From the IMG/VR virus record IMGVR_UViG_3300046092_000062, positions 62,001 through 126,000 of that record: a DNA stretch of 64,000 nucleotides, one strand, 5' to 3'. Numbering within the stretch: position 1 is the first letter of the stretch; each line of letters opens with the position of its first letter. Shown piece after piece: positions 1 to 8,532 of the stretch. Below the pieces are notes generated by a model. That model had not been told where the DNA came from, searched no databases, and saw nothing but the letters and a program-made list of their open reading frames with translations. Made by a program: the position numbers and the translations under genes.

Positions 1-3
1 TGT

Positions 4-77
4 TGGGGATTAGTTAAACGGTATAACTACGGATTTTGATTCCGTCATTAGTGGTTCGATTCCACTATCCTCTGCCA
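4..77 (+). tRNA. tRNA-Gln(TTG)
   Basis: Cloverleaf; anticodon arm ACGGA-ttTTGat-TCCGT; GTTCGATTC T-loop; encoded CCA at 75-77; T1.T72 mismatch. Confidence 0.9.
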
Positions 78-249
78 AAATTTCATATCCTGTACGAACG
101 GCAGCTCTTGCTTTTCAGGATAATCTCGTGTAAAATGTTTAACACAAGAGAAGCTCTTAGCATCGGAATAAGTTCCGTTGCCGAGTTTAAGTAATTCATC
201 GAATCCAGGATTGGGTTTGCTCATACTGTATTTAACACAAGGAAACAAA

Positions 250-753
250 ATGCCCTGGATCCAAAACGTAGCACGTAGCGATGTCACTAAAGGGTTTCAC
301 ATCAACCCCGGTGATAACGCTATGTTGATTCAAATCGTTGACTGCGGCAGCGAATTTCCTACTCCCCTTTACAAGTTTAAAGAAGCTCATCAATTTGAGT
401 TTTTAGATGTAGAGGAAAAGGACTACGTTCTTGAAGAAGAAATGAAGTGCAGTCACGAACAAGCCGCAGAGCTAGTTCGTTTGTTGCAACATGCACTAGA
501 GAATCGCATGAACGTTATTGTTCATTGCCATGCTGGTGTTTGCCGCAGCGGTGCAGTATGTGAAGTTGGAGTCATGCTTGGCTTTGATGACACTGAAGCA
601 TTTCGTGCTCCTAACTTGCTAGTCAAGCATCGCATGATGAAGCAGCTGGGTTGGACGTATGATGAGAACGAAGAGCCAACGATCAATGGTCAACCATATC
701 AATACAGCGCAGGCGGGATCATTTTACCCCCAAGTCACGAAGGTGATATTTAA
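250..753 (+). CDS. Cys-dependent protein tyrosine/dual-specificity phosphatase
   Basis: HC-x5-R active-site loop VHCHAGVCRSG; start moved to ATG 250 after AAGGA RBS. Confidence 0.8.
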   Translation: MPWIQNVARSDVTKGFHINPGDNAMLIQIVDCGSEFPTPLYKFKEAHQFEFLDVEEKDYVLEEEMKCSHEQAAELVRLLQHALENRMNVIVHCHAGVCRSGAVCEVGVMLGFDDTEAFRAPNLLVKHRMMKQLGWTYDENEEPTINGQPYQYSAGGIILPPSHEGDI

Positions 754-1094
754 TGCACAAAATCTACGTTGATGTTCCGTACGAGTACAACTATGTGTAC
801 CGAGTTGATCATGATGAGTCCACTGGTCCAGAAGTGCTAGCAAGGGACTTTGGGGTAAAGTTTGCGTTTATTTGCAACGCTGCTCAGAGATTCAGCAACC
901 CCGAAGGACTTGGAGCAGTGGGCAATACAGGTGATGCTCACGTGGTATGGCTTGAGTCGGAGAAAGACGAATTGTTCTTTCTAATCAAGTCCGGATTTAC
1001 CAAGTTAAATAAAGATGTAGTTGAACTATTCTTGAAAGCAAGATTGGAAGCTATGCGATTAAAAGAGAGGAATGATTATGAAACGTGTAATTGA
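753..1094 (+). CDS. hypothetical protein
   Basis: 113-aa ORF, TAATG-coupled to upstream gene. Confidence 0.6.
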   Translation: MHKIYVDVPYEYNYVYRVDHDESTGPEVLARDFGVKFAFICNAAQRFSNPEGLGAVGNTGDAHVVWLESEKDELFFLIKSGFTKLNKDVVELFLKARLEAMRLKERNDYETCN

Positions 1095-1749
1095 GGTCCG
1101 TGCCGCAGAAGGTGGCGAAGACAGTAAACTATTTGTAAAAGACTTGGCACAAGCCTACATTAAATTTGCACACAGCAAAGGCTGAACTAGCCGCCTGATA
1201 AATGAGTATCTTGGCGAAGTTCATATCTTAGTCGAGGGTGCTGATTTATCTGGCTTATACAACGAGCCAGGTGGACACCGAATACAGCGTGTACCACCAA
1301 CAGAGCGAAAAGGACGAGTACATACCAGTACTGTTACTGTCGCTGTTGTTGATCCAAGTGTGCCGACCACTACCATAAAAGAATCTGATTTGCGGATTGA
1401 ATGGTACAGCGGAACAGGCGCAGGAGGACAACACCGTAACAAGCACCAAAACAGTGCCCGCGTTACGCACATACCTAGTGGCACAGTAGTAACAGCACAG
1501 TGTCGCAGTAGGGAAAATAGTTTGGCAGAAGCTATGCAAACTATTCGAGAAAGAGTTGACAAGATAACAAAAGACTGTTATAATAACAACTTAGCAAGCA
1601 ACAGAAAGCAACAAGTTGGTTCAGGGATGCGAGGAGACAAAATTCGCACATACCGCTTTCAGGACGATACAGTTAAAGATCACGTAAGTGACAAGACTGC
1701 AAGCGTTAAGAAAGTGTTAGCCGGCAACTTTGACTTACTTTGGAATTAA
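1078..1749 (+). CDS. prfA: RF1-type peptide chain release factor lacking domain 1, with in-frame TGA at 1183-1185 (probable readthrough)
   Basis: Frame from ATG 1078 (GAGAGG RBS): MKRVIEVRAAEGGEDSKLFVKDLAQAYIKFAHSKG*TSRLINE...RIQRVPPTERKGRVHTSTVTVAV...GTGAGGQHRNK; PxT specificity motif and GGQ. The ORF track shows only the 1360-1749 part. Confidence 0.88.
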
Positions 1750-1763
1750 AAAGGAAAATTGAC

Positions 1764-1787
1764 ATGAAACGTTCAGGTAAACGATAG
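1764..1787 (+). promoter_or_regulatory. putative 7-codon leader peptide MKRSGKR-TAG followed by two hairpins
   Basis: AAGGAA RBS at 1751-1756, ATG 1764, TAG 1785-1787; stem 1787-1795/1815-1823 and stem 1823-1828/1838-1843. Confidence 0.45.
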
Positions 1788-1849
1788 TGTCATCCTAGAC
1801 CCCCGTATGGTCCTGGATGGCACGTAAAAGAAAAATATTTACGATCCAT

Positions 1850-1924
1850 CCACAGCAAACTTTGCTGGCGAAGTACCCGGCTCTTACCCGGACTAACAGA
1901 GTTCGATTCTCTGGCTGTGGACCA
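1850..1924 (+). tRNA. atypical tRNA-Lys(CTT)
   Basis: Acceptor CCACAGC/GCTGTGG + A + CCA; anticodon arm CCGG-ctCTTac-CCGG; canonical T-arm; A8-A9 instead of T8-A9 and odd D-loop. Confidence 0.7.
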
Positions 1925-1927
1925 TAT

Positions 1928-2002
1928 GGGGGTATAACTTAGCGGCTAAAGTATCTGGCTTTTAACCAGAGAACCAGAGTTCGATTCTCTGTGCCCCTAC
2001 CA
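1928..2002 (+). tRNA. tRNA-Lys(TTT)
   Basis: TCTGG-ctTTTaa-CCAGA anticodon arm, T-arm, CCA. Confidence 0.92.
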
Positions 2003-2127
2003 TATCAAAGTACGCTAGTGCATTATAGTGAATCAGGTCGCTCCTGTGGAAGCTAAAACTGCATCAATTGCCCTGGAGGGAAAGGTCGACGGCTGCGGTT
2101 CGATTCCGTAGCGTACTTTGATATGGT
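1999..2127 (+). ncRNA. long-stem tRNA-like element A
   Basis: Perfect 19-bp inverted repeat 1999-2017/2109-2127 with T-arm GCGG-TTCGATT-CCGT abutting the 3' strand. Confidence 0.55.
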
Positions 2128-2134
2128 AAGGCAT

Positions 2135-2212
2135 GGAAGTATAGCTCAGTTGGTTTAGAGCATCGGACTTTTAATCCGAGGGTCCTGGGTTCGAGCCCCA
2201 GTGCTTCTACCA
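2135..2212 (+). tRNA. tRNA-Lys(TTT), second copy
   Basis: TCGGA-ctTTTaa-TCCGA anticodon arm, T-arm, CCA. Confidence 0.92.
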
Positions 2213-2282
2213 TATGCAAACACATTTTTCTGAACGCCAGTCATTTGCCGTGCAGAGTAGGTCAAGTGTGTTTACATATGGT
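2209..2282 (+). ncRNA. long-stem element B
   Basis: 19-position stem 2209-2227/2264-2282 with one C.A mismatch. Confidence 0.5.
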
Positions 2283-2412
2283 ACTAGAAGGAGTAATTAA
2301 CCTTCGCCATAATCGGGAGTCATGACCCGATGAACTCGTAGTCTTCTAATTGGTTAGGAAAGGCCCGTTATGGGGCTTAATGTTGGTTCGAGCCCAACCT
2401 ACAATGAGTTCG

Positions 2413-2509
2413 CATATATAAACATACTAGTCGGCGACTAAGCGTATTGCACGGTCTCTACGGAGTGAAAGGGTCAGTGGTTCGATTCCACATAGTGTGT
2501 TTTTATATG
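2413..2509 (+). ncRNA. long-stem tRNA-like element C
   Basis: CATATA-T-AAACATACTA / TAGTGTGTTT-T-TATATG stem with T-arm GTGG-TTCGATT-CCAC. Confidence 0.5.
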
Positions 2510-2642
2510 GTGCAAAAGTAATAAAGGGACTTGGGTGCCCAGAGTTTTGAAAACTCACACACTATAGTCGGCATGTGTGTCCACCGTGCATTAACCGACG
2601 TTTAAATAAAGCTAGGGCAAGCGCCAGTTAACGGTGGAGCCT

Positions 2643-2756
2643 ATATAGAAGTATTCTTGGCATAAGTCAAAGCGGGAGAAGAAGCCTAGTATCTGCAGAT
2701 GCGAAAGTTTCAGAGCTTGACTCCTCCTATGCTTGCATTTGAGAGTGCTTCTATAT
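2643..2756 (+). ncRNA. long-stem element D
   Basis: 16-bp stem 2643-2658/2741-2756 (3 G-U) followed by GGTA like elements A and B. Confidence 0.4.
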
Positions 2757-2857
2757 GGTATAGTGTAATGCGAATGCACGGGATCGCCACATAAGCCTTT
2801 GACGAGCGGTGGAACAAGGTTCAGGTGTGGTAGGAACCCACAATGCCATTTAAATTT

Positions 2858-2933
2858 GCCTTTATAGCTCAGTTGGTAGAGCAGAGGATTGAAAATCCTT
2901 GTGTCACTGGTTCGAATCCGGTTAGAGGCACCA
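2858..2933 (+). tRNA. tRNA-Phe(GAA)
   Basis: Canonical cloverleaf, ttGAAaa loop, CCA. Confidence 0.95.
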
Positions 2934-2948
2934 AATTATAGGAGTAGT

Positions 2949-4172
2949 ATGGCAAAGTTTTCGGAGAAGTTCTTCTGTCCTGCACCGTGGACAATGTTAT
3001 ACTATCATGCCAACTCTCCTAGTCCGTGCCACATGATTAAAAATTTAGAGATGGAAGCGACCCCATCTGAATATTTTAATAGCGAATGGCTTAAGAATAT
3101 AAAACAAGAAATGCAGCAAGGGATTGTTCCTGCTGCATGTTCTGGTTGTAAAGAGCGTGAGAGTCATGGACTAAAAAGCACACGCGGCGCTATTTGGAAT
3201 TACTATAATGTAGGACCTGAGCCCGAGTACGAAGATCAATGGTTCGCAAACAAGTTTACCGCAGACAGCCCAACCGTTCCAAAAAGAATTGAGCTTAGGT
3301 TTAGTAATCTATGTAATATGAAATGCAGGATGTGCGACGAAACATCTAGTTCCAGCTTTGCAGCAGAAAAAATTGAACATAAGATTAAACCAGACAAAAA
3401 CGGAAGTCATCTTGAGCATAGCGTGATACCCATCACAAAGATAGAAAACAATTCAATTGATGGCCTCATGGATACTGCCTTTCTAGCGTCAGTTCGAAAG
3501 GTATGTTTAACCGGTGGCGAACCATTTTTAATAAAAGAATATTACAGCTATCTAGATTACTTAATAGACAACGGTTTTAACAAAACACTAGACGTAGAAT
3601 TGTTTACAAATTGCAGTGTATATAATCCATTGTTTATTGATCGACTTAGTAAATTTAAAACAGTTCAAATGGTGATGAGCATCGATGCTGTGGGCAAAGC
3701 GGCTGAATATATTCGTAGTGGAACCGATTGGCCTAAAGTGGAAGCCAATGTGCTTCGACTAAATCAACTAGCAGCTCCATTTAAAATGGAAGTTACAACT
3801 GCCATATCTGCATACAGCCTAATGGACTTTGCAGAGACTGCACGATTTCTAATGAGGTTGTACACCGAAAACAACACCATTGGCGTAAAATGTTACAACG
3901 TAACTTCGCCTCCGGGTATGCACTTTAATAATCTGCCTAAGCCGTTGAGAATACAAGCAATAGATCAAATCGACAAGGCAGTAGAGATTCTAACAGCACC
4001 AAACTATTTGGTACTAGTTACAGAGTTGTTAAACGTGAAACACGCATTGACTACTTCGTCCCCGGATACACCACTGGCATTCTTTGACTATACTAAGAAG
4101 TACGACACCATTAGGGGAGAGTCGTTTGCGGAAGTGTTTTTAACATCTCCTGACAGCACAGATTACTTGTAA
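2949..4172 (+). CDS. radical SAM protein with Cys-rich (twitch/SPASM-like) N-terminus
   Basis: CNMKCRMC (CxxxCxxC), LTGGEPF motif; start moved to ATG 2949 after GGAG. Confidence 0.88.
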   Translation: MAKFSEKFFCPAPWTMLYYHANSPSPCHMIKNLEMEATPSEYFNSEWLKNIKQEMQQGIVPAACSGCKERESHGLKSTRGAIWNYYNVGPEPEYEDQWFANKFTADSPTVPKRIELRFSNLCNMKCRMCDETSSSSFAAEKIEHKIKPDKNGSHLEHSVIPITKIENNSIDGLMDTAFLASVRKVCLTGGEPFLIKEYYSYLDYLIDNGFNKTLDVELFTNCSVYNPLFIDRLSKFKTVQMVMSIDAVGKAAEYIRSGTDWPKVEANVLRLNQLAAPFKMEVTTAISAYSLMDFAETARFLMRLYTENNTIGVKCYNVTSPPGMHFNNLPKPLRIQAIDQIDKAVEILTAPNYLVLVTELLNVKHALTTSSPDTPLAFFDYTKKYDTIRGESFAEVFLTSPDSTDYL

Positions 4173-5161
4173 AGGTTGGCCACATACACAATATGGTCAA
4201 TGGGGTGGTCTTTCCAATTATACACTGCTGGTAGATGATGTTTAATCTCCATAATTACAAACGCTTGCAGCAATGAATGGCTTCGTAGAAAATCTGTTAA
4301 CTTATAGGTTTTTCTAAATTGTTCAATTTCGCTAAACCATTGTAAGTTTTGCTGGGCATCAATGTATGTTTGGTGGAATGACTTTGTGTAACTAGTATCA
4401 AATGTGCCAGCCCCGATAGAGTTAACAAAATTGTCGAACCAAGTGGGAAATCGATCGCTAACAATATCAGTTAACGAGATCTGGTACAGGTGATCTATTC
4501 GGTCTTTGGGTAGTACATAGGTTTGTTCGTTAACTTCATGCCCGTTGTGTTGATTCCGTACACGATACCATTCAGAATACCATTCCAGCCCGCCGGATAA
4601 CTTATCATAGTCGATGCCTCTAAGGAATGGGAAAATTTCGTAATACGATTCAACAAACAAATTCCGCGCCTCAATAGAGTCTTGACAATTAAAACTATCA
4701 AACCCAAACCGACGTTCGACTATTTGATTCGCCTTAAAGAAAACAGGCCATTTGGTGATAGTATTTAATGATCCGTATTTGCGATCGTCGAGTACATCGT
4801 TATCATTGATAATAACAATAACTGGATCGGGATCACTTAATAGTATCGATCGGATAGCCATGTCCGGTCTTGACACATCAAAAGATGTTGGTATGTCATG
4901 ACAGTTGAGTAGAAAAACTTTTTTCTCTTTTGGTTGATTGTATGTCATCCAAATTAGATGTTGATGAATACTTTGATGAGTTGGTATTCTTGCGTGTAAG
5001 TGCGCAGTACCTATTCCTCCAAACATCTCACTAACTTCTTTGTTTACTGGATCATCAACGGTTTGACTAGCTGAGTCAATTTCACTTTTGTTGATGCACC
5101 AATGTATATAACTACCCGACGACCCCGGCGGGTATAATAGATAAATGTTCTTTGACAGCAT
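4163..5161 (-). CDS. hypothetical, sulfotransferase-like P-loop N-terminus
   Basis: MLSKNIYLLYPPGSSGSYI; start moved to 5161, TAAATA on minus strand at 5166-5171. Confidence 0.6.
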   Translation of the reverse strand: MLSKNIYLLYPPGSSGSYIHWCINKSEIDSASQTVDDPVNKEVSEMFGGIGTAHLHARIPTHQSIHQHLIWMTYNQPKEKKVFLLNCHDIPTSFDVSRPDMAIRSILLSDPDPVIVIINDNDVLDDRKYGSLNTITKWPVFFKANQIVERRFGFDSFNCQDSIEARNLFVESYYEIFPFLRGIDYDKLSGGLEWYSEWYRVRNQHNGHEVNEQTYVLPKDRIDHLYQISLTDIVSDRFPTWFDNFVNSIGAGTFDTSYTKSFHQTYIDAQQNLQWFSEIEQFRKTYKLTDFLRSHSLLQAFVIMEIKHHLPAVYNWKDHPIDHIVYVANLYK

Positions 5162-5182
5162 GGAATATTTATTGAAATAAAT

Positions 5183-5256
5183 GCTCTTATAGGTAAATGG
5201 TATATCGGCGCTGTGGTATAGCGCAGTCCTAAGTTCGATTCTTAGTAGGAGCACCA
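5183..5256 (+). tRNA. tRNA-Thr(GGT)
   Basis: Acceptor GCTCTTA/TAGGAGC, anticodon arm GCGCT-gtGGTat-AGCGC (unusual G32), CCA. Confidence 0.82.
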
Positions 5257-5271
5257 CGTGATAAGTATCTA

Positions 5272-6183
5272 ATGCAACATAATTTTTTACCATGTAAATA
5301 TCCAATTATTTGTGCCCCGATGAATAGAGTGTCGGACGTTAAGCTAGCACTTGCAGTTCATAGAGCTGGGTGCTTGCCGAGCCTTGTGGTCCACAATCAT
5401 GATGAATCTGAATTAGCTAACGATGTGGCTAAGATTGTGAACGAAATGAAAGAGTTCACAGAGCTGTCGGGATCAAGCGATTTTATACTTGCACTTAGAT
5501 CAGATTTTTTATTAAAAGATACCAAGCTGCTCCCTGCGATGTTAAAGTACAGGCCTGCGTATGTTGAATTCTTTGACAATATTGATTGGTCTGACATAAA
5601 GGTGGTCAACCTTATTAAGCTGCTTAGAACATACAGAATTAAAATAATCTATAAAATACTTGCACCTAGAATATTGGGCAAGTTAGTGGAATTTGTTGAC
5701 GCTATTGACGTTAAGGGCCCTGATGCCGCTGCCCGTGTGAATACCACAACTACTACTAGTTTAGTAGATCGGATTAAGCAACTGAAATCCGCTAATCCAC
5801 ATTTGCACATTATTGCATCTGGTGGTATGTCATCGCAACAGGATGTGCAGGCATGTATTGACGCTGGCGCAAGTGCAGTGGCATTGGGCACAGTATTTGC
5901 CATGTCAGAAGAGTCGTCGATTTCAGTTGAGACAAAAATGAAAATGATTGAATCAACATTCTCACAAGTTGTGAACATTGGCGAAGCCCAACAAAATGCG
6001 TTAGTGTTTACAAACGAAAAAGATGTTGACGGCAACCACACTGTGGGACTAGAACTTGGTATAAAAAGCCCAGTCGCTGGTCATGTGTTTGTGGGGAAAG
6101 CAATTGATTCAATTGACTCAATTAAAACAGTGGAAACAATCGTGTCGGAGCTAACTGGGGTAACTGATGCAAAAACCCGATGA
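5272..6183 (+). CDS. nitronate monooxygenase / FabK-like FMN TIM-barrel oxidoreductase
   Basis: YPIICAPM N-terminus, IIASGGM and AVALGTVF FMN-binding motifs. Confidence 0.75.
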   Translation: MQHNFLPCKYPIICAPMNRVSDVKLALAVHRAGCLPSLVVHNHDESELANDVAKIVNEMKEFTELSGSSDFILALRSDFLLKDTKLLPAMLKYRPAYVEFFDNIDWSDIKVVNLIKLLRTYRIKIIYKILAPRILGKLVEFVDAIDVKGPDAAARVNTTTTTSLVDRIKQLKSANPHLHIIASGGMSSQQDVQACIDAGASAVALGTVFAMSEESSISVETKMKMIESTFSQVVNIGEAQQNALVFTNEKDVDGNHTVGLELGIKSPVAGHVFVGKAIDSIDSIKTVETIVSELTGVTDAKTR

Positions 6184-7006
6184 TGTAACTATTTGTTACT
6201 TCGGGGGCAGCGGCGGCTTCTTTTGCTTGTACCTTCTTTTGCTTAGTAACCAATACCAATGCTGCTTCGAAAATGGGTCAGCTGACGCACACGTAACAAA
6301 AGTTACGCAATGGGATATACAGAATGTTTCCAATTGGAAAGATAATGAGATATGGCCTAACAACAGCAACACCAAAGCAGAGAGTTTCGATGTTAGCAAA
6401 GTCTTTTTTCTTTGTAACCCATTGCAATTAACGCAAAAGCCCGGAGTGCAAGATGACGTGCTATCTAAATGTCCAGGAAAGAAAATTCTATTGTACACAG
6501 ATTTAGAAACACAATGGCATCTAACAAAAACTAAACGTGCCTACTGGTTTCAAAAAGGACAGCAGCTAAACGGACAAGGACCAAGTTGGCAGACAGCCGA
6601 ATATCGTGAAGAACAAGTGCTAATATGGTATAATAACATCAGACAGGATAGCTGGCCTCAAATCTCCAAGGCAGATGATTTTTACAATCTTCCGCAGGAA
6701 ATACAGGATATTTGTATAACTGACTATAGCATGTGGGAAGTCCTTGACATTGGCAAATTTGACAATGATGACTACCGACCCCGTGGAGTAGAGTTTAGGG
6801 GAGACATAGTGTACAAGAAAGTAGTGGACATTATGCCTAAGATGGACATAGTGGTTAAGCTACAAGATTTGATTAAAACACAAGGCCGTGTGTTGTTCGA
6901 CCAGCTTGGTATTGAGACAAACAAAGACACGCAAAAGTTCATAATCCAGTACCTGTCGTTGCACACAGTCGAGCAGCGGAAATTCCTATTAGGCAAGCAC
7001 ATATAA
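6167..7006 (+). CDS. hypothetical, sulfotransferase-like P-loop N-terminus
   Basis: ICYFGGSGGFF; 279 aa. Confidence 0.55.
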   Translation: MQKPDDVTICYFGGSGGFFCLYLLLLSNQYQCCFENGSADAHVTKVTQWDIQNVSNWKDNEIWPNNSNTKAESFDVSKVFFLCNPLQLTQKPGVQDDVLSKCPGKKILLYTDLETQWHLTKTKRAYWFQKGQQLNGQGPSWQTAEYREEQVLIWYNNIRQDSWPQISKADDFYNLPQEIQDICITDYSMWEVLDIGKFDNDDYRPRGVEFRGDIVYKKVVDIMPKMDIVVKLQDLIKTQGRVLFDQLGIETNKDTQKFIIQYLSLHTVEQRKFLLGKHI

Positions 7007-7031
7007 TCAATTTGGCAACCAACTCATAATT

Positions 7032-8240
7032 ATGATTAATTTAAAACTAGGATATTACTCATGCAACGGAGTCACGTTCGATTCTAAGATTGCTGCATGT
7101 GTGTATTCTGTGCAGCACAATAACGCATTAGTTACGTGGACATTCAACGACCGAGAGTTTAATCAGCACAACTGGACACAAGAACCTGACCTAACACTGG
7201 ATCAATTGTATGATATTAGATCAAAGCAGCTAAGAGATCAGTACGACTATGTTATATTGAGCTACAGCGGCGGCGCCGACAGTCACAATATCCTAATGAG
7301 CTTTATTCGTCAAGGCCTCCATATAGACGAGATTGTGGTAAACACAACTGAGAAAGCTAGTGCAAGATTCACAGAGTTAGATAAAAACAATCTTGACCCC
7401 CGCAATGCAGGAGCAGAGCATGTGTTTCAGACGTTGCCTAGACTACGTGAAATTCAGGGATTGATCCCTAAAACAAAGATTAGTGTGTTGGATTTGTCGG
7501 ATCATCTATTTGAGAGTTTTTCAAAAGCCGATGATGCTAGCTGGGTATTAGAAAAGCGCGAAAGCCTAAACCCAGCTGGAGTAACACGGTTTAATTATCT
7601 GCACTTTGATCAATTGCGCAAACAGTTTGATAAAGATAAAAAAATTGCATTAGTGCTAGGAATCGAAAAGCCCAGGGTGTTTATTAGACACGGACAGTTG
7701 GTACTACGGTTTACAGACCGTGCGGCCAACATTGTTACTGTAGCAGAACACGTTAAAGAATACACAAATAGCACAGTAGAATTCTTCTACTGGAGTCCAG
7801 ATGCAGTGCCAGTGGTTATCAAACAAGCGCACACTATCAAGCGATGGCTTGAGGCTAATCCAGACAAACAGCATCTCTGGGACGTTGACACACTAACACC
7901 GGAGATGGTGAGACTAGTGCATGAGCGAGTGTACAGACCACTGCTATACACTACGTGGGACAACAGTTGGTGGCAATCAAACAAAGCAGTTAACGATTGG
8001 ACAAGCGAGTTTGACCAGTGGTTTAAGGATGGGTACAGTGATACTCGTGCTTACCAAGTGTGGGCAGAGGGTATTGAGTATGTTCGTGAAATTTTGCATC
8101 CTTACATAAACACTACTCATCTTGTTAATGGTCAAGCAGACGGCCTTGACATATTTGTTAAAGAGTACTTAATTGGACCAGTGAAAAATCTTTGTCCAGA
8201 ATTAAAGAATAAACTGTATAGGCATTTGCAAAATAAATAA
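7032..8240 (+). CDS. PP-loop (adenine nucleotide alpha hydrolase) family ATPase
   Basis: ILSYSGGADS PP-loop motif. Confidence 0.78.
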   Translation: MINLKLGYYSCNGVTFDSKIAACVYSVQHNNALVTWTFNDREFNQHNWTQEPDLTLDQLYDIRSKQLRDQYDYVILSYSGGADSHNILMSFIRQGLHIDEIVVNTTEKASARFTELDKNNLDPRNAGAEHVFQTLPRLREIQGLIPKTKISVLDLSDHLFESFSKADDASWVLEKRESLNPAGVTRFNYLHFDQLRKQFDKDKKIALVLGIEKPRVFIRHGQLVLRFTDRAANIVTVAEHVKEYTNSTVEFFYWSPDAVPVVIKQAHTIKRWLEANPDKQHLWDVDTLTPEMVRLVHERVYRPLLYTTWDNSWWQSNKAVNDWTSEFDQWFKDGYSDTRAYQVWAEGIEYVREILHPYINTTHLVNGQADGLDIFVKEYLIGPVKNLCPELKNKLYRHLQNK

Positions 8241-8273
8241 CTAGCGTGTATAATACACAGAAGGGACGATGCA

Positions 8274-8417
8274 ATGAAGTCAAGAGAGACAATCGAAAAG
8301 GCATACGGCAACGTCCCAAAAGAAATTGGGGTCACAGTTGATGTATTTAACTGGGTCCCGGAGTTTAGAGGTGTTAAGTATTACTGGATTCGTGCAGTAA
8401 GATTTTTCACCAGGTAA
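8274..8417 (+). CDS. small hypothetical protein (47 aa, below ORF-track cutoff)
   Basis: MKSRETIEKAYGNVPKEIG...; AAGGGA upstream; fills the gap before tRNA-Ser. Confidence 0.5.
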   Translation: MKSRETIEKAYGNVPKEIGVTVDVFNWVPEFRGVKYYWIRAVRFFTR

Positions 8418-8423
8418 GAATAC

Positions 8424-8514
8424 GGAGTGTGGGCAGGCCGGTAATGCAGCACCCTGCTAAGGTGTAGACTTGTGATGAGCAGGTCATAGGGTTCGATTCC
8501 CTAACACTCCGCCA
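8424..8514 (+). tRNA. tRNA-Ser(GCT)
   Basis: Long variable arm, ctGCTaa loop, G73-CCA. Confidence 0.93.
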
Positions 8515-8532
8515 GTGATAAGTAAGTATAAT

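Noticed and set aside
80-240. Hairpins after tRNA-Gln (ATCCTG/CAGGAT, CTCGTGT/ACACAAGAG, CGGAA/TTCCG)
   Set aside because: Short stems only; not enough to call an ncRNA without homolog covariation.
1078-1749. Genome-wide TGA=Trp recoding (code 4/25)
   Set aside because: Many genes end in TGA with ATGA coupling to the next gene, Trp is encoded by TGG throughout, and no other gene needed TGA readthrough.
1078-1749. RF gene as a simple pseudogene
   Set aside because: Only one lesion, at a Trp-like position, with intact RBS, PxT and GGQ; kept as probable readthrough, though a pseudogene or sequencing error is not excluded.
1764-1937. 57-codon protein by readthrough of the leader UAG
   Set aside because: The extension runs through two tRNA genes and has no protein-like features.
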